From an uncultured Candidatus Bathyarchaeia archaeon (GTDB lineage Archaea; Thermoproteota; Bathyarchaeia; RBG-16-48-13; JAGMEO01), in NCBI GenBank assembly GCA_964611975.1, contig CAZTBK010000001.1, forward strand, positions 1-59,740: a DNA stretch of 59,740 bases, given 5' to 3'. Below are positions 55,242 to 59,740 of the stretch, piece by piece. Each line of letters opens with the position of its first letter. Positions within the stretch are counted from its first letter, which is position 1. Made by a program: the position numbers and the translations under genes. The notes under the pieces are model-generated. The model was given only the letters and a program-made list of their open reading frames with translations. It did no database searches and was not told the DNA's origin.

Positions 55242-56327
55242 ATGTACTTGATTCGACCAGACGTAGCATCAGCCTTGAGGGACCCCTTGGTAAAAAAGAT
55301 CCTGCCGAGATACGTTAAAGCCGTTAACAACGATGTGGATGTGAACTTCCAGATCGTGAAGAAAATTGCATTTGATTTCAGCGGAGGATTGAGCTTAGAC
55401 GAGATGATGGAGTGGCACTCCAGGCTTATGGGTGAATTCTATGAAATGAGGCATGCTCTGGATCGTGGAGAGATTAAACTTAAGGATCTGGAAAGCCCGA
55501 AGCTCTCACTGCTGGACCTGAAAATCTTTATGACTGAAGAGCTTATGAGGAGCTGTGAGCTGTGCGAGAGGAAGTGCCACGTGAACAGATTGGAGGGAGA
55601 GGTTGGAGAGTGTGGAGTTGGAGATGAGTGCCTGATCTCCACCGACTTCACACATTGGGGGGAAGAATTTTACATCAGCCCATCGCACACCATATTCTTC
55701 ATGGGCTGCAACTTTCACTGCCAATTCTGTCAGAACTGGGGTATATCACAATGGTATGAAAGTGGTCAATTTGTCACACCAGAACAAATGGCTAGAAGGA
55801 TGGAATTGAAGAGGAGGGAGGGCTGCAGGAACGTCAACCTTGTTGGCGGCGAGCCCACACCGAACCTCTTGAACATCCTAAAGGCGCTGAAGCTATGCAG
55901 AGCTAACATACCCGTCGTGTGGAACAGTAACTTCTACATGTCAGAGAAAGCTATGCAAATATTAGATGGAGTGGTCGACTTATACTTATCTGACTTCAAA
56001 TACGGGAACGATGAATGCGCCAAGAGGCTCTCAAAGGTTCCAAACTACTTTGAGGTCTGCTCAAGAAACCACGTACTGGCGTCAAAACAGGCAGAACTAA
56101 CGGTGAGACATCTGATTCTGCCGAATCATTTGGAGTGTTGTACAAAGCCCGTCTTAGAATGGATAGCTGGGAATATTCGGGATAAGTGCATAGTAAACTT
56201 AATGGACCAGTACAGACCAGAGTTCAAAGCTATGGAATACAAGGAAATAAGCAGAAGAATTACGCGAGAAGAGTTTAGAGAAGCTGTAGATTACGCCGAA
56301 AAACTAAAAGTAAACTACATAACATGA
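55242..56327 (+). CDS. Radical SAM protein (PflX/COG1313-like activase homologue)
   Basis: CNFHCQFCQNW (CxxxCxxC) preceded by a Cys-rich CELCERKC...ECG segment. Confidence 0.85.
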   Translation: MYLIRPDVASALRDPLVKKILPRYVKAVNNDVDVNFQIVKKIAFDFSGGLSLDEMMEWHSRLMGEFYEMRHALDRGEIKLKDLESPKLSLLDLKIFMTEELMRSCELCERKCHVNRLEGEVGECGVGDECLISTDFTHWGEEFYISPSHTIFFMGCNFHCQFCQNWGISQWYESGQFVTPEQMARRMELKRREGCRNVNLVGGEPTPNLLNILKALKLCRANIPVVWNSNFYMSEKAMQILDGVVDLYLSDFKYGNDECAKRLSKVPNYFEVCSRNHVLASKQAELTVRHLILPNHLECCTKPVLEWIAGNIRDKCIVNLMDQYRPEFKAMEYKEISRRITREEFREAVDYAEKLKVNYIT

Positions 56328-56426
56328 CGTGCGTGAGTAGAAGCTCCATCTAGCGTCTGTTTAATAGCGTGAGAGGTCTAGCGTAAACGAAAATGATATC
56401 TTTTTCTAATGCTATTAATTTAAAAT

Positions 56427-56834
56427 ATGAAGGAATGTATCTTCTGTAAGATCATAAACAGAGAGGTCCCAGCGAACATCGTTTATGAAGACGAGAGGGT
56501 CCTGGCTTTCCTAGATATTAACCCGATTAGCAGAGGCCATACTCTAATCGTGCCTAAAAAACATTATACAGACATCTACGATGTCACAGAAGATTACTTG
56601 AAGGAAATGGCGGTCATAGCTAAGAAGATGTCAGTGGCTATGAAAAAAGGACTCGGAGCTGATGGGGTGAACATCCTACATGCAAGCGGGGAGGCCGCGC
56701 AGCAGTCCGTTTTTCACTTTCACATCCACCTCGTACCAAGGTATAGAGGCGACAAATTAGATACTTGGCCAAAGAGTAGATACAAAGAAAAAAATCTTGA
56801 TAAGGTTGCCGAAGAGATCAAGAATGCGCTTTGA
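56427..56834 (+). CDS. HIT family (histidine triad) nucleotide hydrolase
   Basis: CIFCKI start and HFHIHLVP triad. Confidence 0.9.
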   Translation: MKECIFCKIINREVPANIVYEDERVLAFLDINPISRGHTLIVPKKHYTDIYDVTEDYLKEMAVIAKKMSVAMKKGLGADGVNILHASGEAAQQSVFHFHIHLVPRYRGDKLDTWPKSRYKEKNLDKVAEEIKNAL

Positions 56835-56850
56835 TCCCGGGTAAGACCAC

Positions 56851-57465
56851 TTAAGCTAGTGGGAACGTCTCCTTTAACCCGGTTAAAATATAGCTGACCG
56901 CTATAGTTGTAAGGAGCATCGCCATCACCCTCTCGATGACGACAGATCCTGTTTTACCCAAGAACCTGTGTAACGGCTCAATAAAATAGAATACCGCTCC
57001 GACCAAAGAGAACACTATGAGAATAGACAACAGGGTTATTAGCACCCCACTCGACCTCAAGCTGACGATCGTCGTTGTGATAGCTCCTGGTCCAACAAGA
57101 AGTGGAACAGCTATCGGAACAGCTCCAACGCTCTCACCGGGCTTAACGAGTCCTGTCCGACCTCCTGAAACTATGATCCTTACGGCGATGATGAAGAGGA
57201 GCACACCTCCCGCGATCATGAGATCGCTGAGGGTTACCCTGAAGAAGCTTAGGATCTTGTCTCCCACCACAGCGAACGTCGATAGAAGCACCAGCCCAAC
57301 AACTGTGGCTGTTCGAAAGGCCTCTCGTCTTGCTGAGGGACATAGGTCTTTGGTGAGGGAGATGATTATTGGGATGTTACCGAGCGGGTCAACTACTATG
57401 AATAAAGCTAGCACCTGCCTTGCCAGCTCAGGAATTATACGAAGAATCACCGATAGGATGTTCAT
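56851..57465 (-). CDS. MarC family (UPF0056) membrane protein
   Basis: Six TM segments and an FIVVDPLGNIP motif near the N-terminus when started at ATG 57465. Confidence 0.8.
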   Translation of the reverse strand: MNILSVILRIIPELARQVLALFIVVDPLGNIPIIISLTKDLCPSARREAFRTATVVGLVLLSTFAVVGDKILSFFRVTLSDLMIAGGVLLFIIAVRIIVSGGRTGLVKPGESVGAVPIAVPLLVGPGAITTTIVSLRSSGVLITLLSILIVFSLVGAVFYFIEPLHRFLGKTGSVVIERVMAMLLTTIAVSYILTGLKETFPLA

Positions 57466-57568
57466 ATTTGCCCCCTCCTTTTTGTAAGGATATGAAAAAG
57501 GTTGTCCCGGTTTAAGTTTTTTCAAAGTTAAATGCGTCATGGCCTACTCTCCAAGGGCCTTCGTAGTC

Positions 57569-58633
57569 TTAACCTTGTGTAGATAGATGCGCCTCTTTAA
57601 CAATCAAAGCGTATTTGGCGGCCGTAATGATCGCCTCCTTCATGCTCGTAGGGTTGGCCATACCCTTCCCAGCTATGTCATAAGCCGTCCCGTGATCAAC
57701 AGAGGTCCTTATGAAGGGCAGTCCTAGGGTTATACTTATCGTCTTGTAGAAGTCGTACATCTTTGATGCGATGTGCCCTTGGTCATGGTAAAGAGCCAGC
57801 ACTGCGTCGAACTCTCCATTTGCAGCCCTATAGAAAACGGAGTCCGCAGGGTAGGGGCCTTCTGCCATAATTCCTATCGATCGAGCCCTCTCGATGGCTG
57901 GTTTTATCTCTTCTATCTCCTCCGTTCCAAACATGCCCTTTTCACCAGCGTGAGGGTTAAGGGCAGCGACCGCTATATGTGGAGCCTTTATCTTAAGCCT
58001 TCTTAGATAGCGATCCGCTGTCTTTAGCATTTCCAATATTTTTCCCTCCTTAACCTGGTTTATCGCCTCCTTTAATGAAACATGTCGACTTAAAAAGAAT
58101 ATTCTCAATCCCTTTACTTGAAACATAGTGATAGCCTCTTTAGATCCTGTCAGGCCTTTAAGCATCTCTGTATGTCCAATGTATTTTATCCCGGCCATCC
58201 TCAATGCGTATTTGTTTATTGGGGCTGTTGCTATCCCGTCCGCGACGCCACAGGTACACATCCGGACGGCCTCCTTAACGAACTCGAAAGACAACCTCCC
58301 GCATATTTTAGAAGGGGCACCGACCCTGAACTCATTTATATCCACATTTCCAATCGATACAAAAGGAACCCTTATCACACCATGTTTCACGATGTTAGAT
58401 CTCGCCCTTCTAATAATCTTTACCTCCTCATCGGAACTTTTTCTCTCCATATCAACTCTTTCTATTCTCGCGTTTGTAACCTCGATGGCTTTATCAAAAA
58501 CATCCTTCTGCCCAATCACGACGGGGGAACATACTTTCCAAACACCCCTGTCCTGTAATGATAAGGCCACAACCTCTGGACCTATCCCACAGGGGTCTCC
58601 CATTGTCACCGCTATTATGGGCTCTCTCATCAC
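57569..58633 (-). CDS. pdxA: PdxA-family NAD-dependent 4-phospho-hydroxyacid dehydrogenase
   Basis: TMGDPCGIGPE, GHTE, NPHAGE and LYHDQGH motifs. Confidence 0.85.
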   Translation of the reverse strand: MMREPIIAVTMGDPCGIGPEVVALSLQDRGVWKVCSPVVIGQKDVFDKAIEVTNARIERVDMERKSSDEEVKIIRRARSNIVKHGVIRVPFVSIGNVDINEFRVGAPSKICGRLSFEFVKEAVRMCTCGVADGIATAPINKYALRMAGIKYIGHTEMLKGLTGSKEAITMFQVKGLRIFFLSRHVSLKEAINQVKEGKILEMLKTADRYLRRLKIKAPHIAVAALNPHAGEKGMFGTEEIEEIKPAIERARSIGIMAEGPYPADSVFYRAANGEFDAVLALYHDQGHIASKMYDFYKTISITLGLPFIRTSVDHGTAYDIAGKGMANPTSMKEAIITAAKYALIVKEAHLSTQG

Positions 58634-58719
58634 TCAATCCTCTAACTCAAATAGGGCCATTTTAAACTTAATTGTGCTTTTAAGGGGCTTTTATAATAGC
58701 TTTGAGGGGCACCTGAAAA

Positions 58720-59376
58720 GTGAAATTCCTGAGATTGAGAAGGCGCAGCGAGGTCGAGGTCCTAGATCTTATTAAGAGACATGTGGAGGTCTGCGTTTCA
58801 GCATCTGATGAGTTAAAGAGGGCTGTTGATGCCAAGCTCGTAGGGAATGAGAAGGGTGTAGAAGAGAGGCTTAAAAGGTTGTCTTCCTTTGAAGGAGAAG
58901 GTGATAAGCTCAGACGGAGAATGGCCGAGGAACTGGCTAAAGGGATGCTGCCGCCAGTGAGCAGAGAGGACTTCATGAGACTCATCGAAATGCTCGACAA
59001 GGTCGCTGATTGGTCTAAAGATGCTGGTAGAGTCCTGGCAGCCCTTTCTGCCAAGGATCTTTCTGAGAGATCGAAGGGGTGCTTTAGGATGCTGGCTGAA
59101 AGAGTTAACAATTGTGTGCATACCCTAAGTAATTGTGTAAAATTGTTCTATGAAGATTATGAGGGGGCCTCAAAGGAATGCACATACGTCGAGACGATCG
59201 AAGAAGAGGTGGATAGCTTATATGTGAACACGCTCAAGACCCTGTGTAGCTCTGAATGGAGCATTAAATCATTCGTGTGTTGGATAGAATTGGCAAAACA
59301 TCTTGAGATGGTAGCTGATAGTTGCGAGGACACGTGCGACTTGATTAGAATCATCATGGTCAGCACGTTATATTGA
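58720..59376 (+). CDS. DUF47 / PhoU-like phosphate-transport regulator family protein
   Basis: GTG start. EGEGDKLRR and REDFMRLIEMLDKVAD patterns typical of TIGR00153. Confidence 0.8.
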   Translation: MKFLRLRRRSEVEVLDLIKRHVEVCVSASDELKRAVDAKLVGNEKGVEERLKRLSSFEGEGDKLRRRMAEELAKGMLPPVSREDFMRLIEMLDKVADWSKDAGRVLAALSAKDLSERSKGCFRMLAERVNNCVHTLSNCVKLFYEDYEGASKECTYVETIEEEVDSLYVNTLKTLCSSEWSIKSFVCWIELAKHLEMVADSCEDTCDLIRIIMVSTLY

Positions 59377-59389
59377 GGGGCCGGACCGC

Positions 59390-59740
59390 CTACTGAAAAT
59401 TCACGATCAAGTGATGTGTAACGATCGTGATTGTAGCTGTCATGATAAATGTTGCCAACCACACGTAGGTCGTTCTCCTTAGTCTCCTAACGTTCACCCA
59501 TACTCCTCTCTCTAATCCTAAACCCGCTAAAGCTCCGACGAGTACATGAGTAGTTGATAGCGGCATACCCAACCAAGTCCCAAGAAACACTACTAGGAAC
59601 GTACTCAATTGGATACCCAGCGCAGCCACAGGATCAAGCTTGATGATTTTCAGTCCGACTGATTTTATGACCCTCCTTCCAAGCGTCAACAAGCCAAGAG
59701 ACATCCCGATCGCGCCGATCACCCTTATTGTAAACGGATC
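59390..59740 (-). CDS. Inorganic phosphate transporter, PiT family (C-terminal part; gene runs off the window)
   Basis: GMPLSTTHVLVGALAGLG motif and hydrophobic segments. The frame is open to the window edge. Confidence 0.8.
   Translation of the reverse strand, partial: DPFTIRVIGAIGMSLGLLTLGRRVIKSVGLKIIKLDPVAALGIQLSTFLVVFLGTWLGMPLSTTHVLVGALAGLGLERGVWVNVRRLRRTTYVWLATFIMTATITIVTHHLIVNFQ

Noticed and set aside
58128-59121. Long ORFs antisense to or overlapping pdxA and the DUF47 gene (58128-58775 +, 58680-59111 -, 58813-59121 -)
   Set aside because: They are shadow ORFs of well-supported genes, with Ser/Leu/Thr-rich translations typical of antisense frames. The same applies to the other embedded ORFs in the track, such as 505-795, 4483-4959, 15479-15859 and 18336-18707.
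1-59740. CRISPR arrays, transposases, integrases, reverse transcriptases or recognisable defence or toxin-antitoxin genes
   Set aside because: I found no regularly spaced direct repeats, and no ORF has motifs of these families. The window looks like core chromosome plus a glycan island.

Overview
Gene-dense chromosomal window from an archaeon. Archaeal markers are TFE, NAC, aMBF1, aTrm56, Trm112, PurP, split GMP synthase subunit B, AglH-type glycosylation genes, and tRNAs with multiple introns at non-canonical positions. This points to a TACK-type (Thermoproteota/Korarchaeota-like) lineage. I support about 60 protein genes, 2 tRNA genes and 2 candidate structured RNAs. I found no rRNA, CRISPR array, transposase or integrase.

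Layout:
- 0.1-7.4 kb: minus-strand block of MobB-FeS, DUF89, MBL hydrolase, permease and DtxR repressor, followed by an ABC-2 exporter, thioredoxin and OsmC.
- 7.5-8.3 kb: non-coding hairpin-rich stretch and tRNA-Gln.
- 8.7-30.9 kb: large surface-glycan/N-glycosylation island. It holds nucleotide-sugar dehydrogenases, DUF354, AglH-like and Dpm1-like transferases, three GT4 enzymes, and a translationally coupled trio of very large extracytoplasmic or polytopic proteins plus another GT-C-like protein.
- 30.9-31.5 kb: ORF-poor region with a likely ncRNA.
- 31.5-35.3 kb: MazG-like, DUF763, SWIM, metallophosphoesterase and tRNA-Pro.
- 35.6-38.0 kb: an unusual wHTH + ATP-cone + NrdD-like protein.
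- 38-42 kb: information-processing genes (NAC, MBF1, HflX, Trm56, TFE).
- 42-52.8 kb: two ECF-type transporters flanking purine genes (PRTase, PurP, GuaA-B) and a class II amidotransferase.
- 52.9-59.7 kb: miscellaneous housekeeping genes (HhH-GPD glycosylase, PPP phosphatase, radical SAM, HIT, MarC, PdxA, DUF47, partial PiT).

The best candidate for something undescribed is the NrdD-like protein. Its thiyl-radical Cys and glycyl-radical Gly both appear substituted, it carries a DNA-binding domain, and it is preceded by repeated palindromic motifs. All homology calls come from reading the translated ORFs against remembered family motifs. No searches were run.
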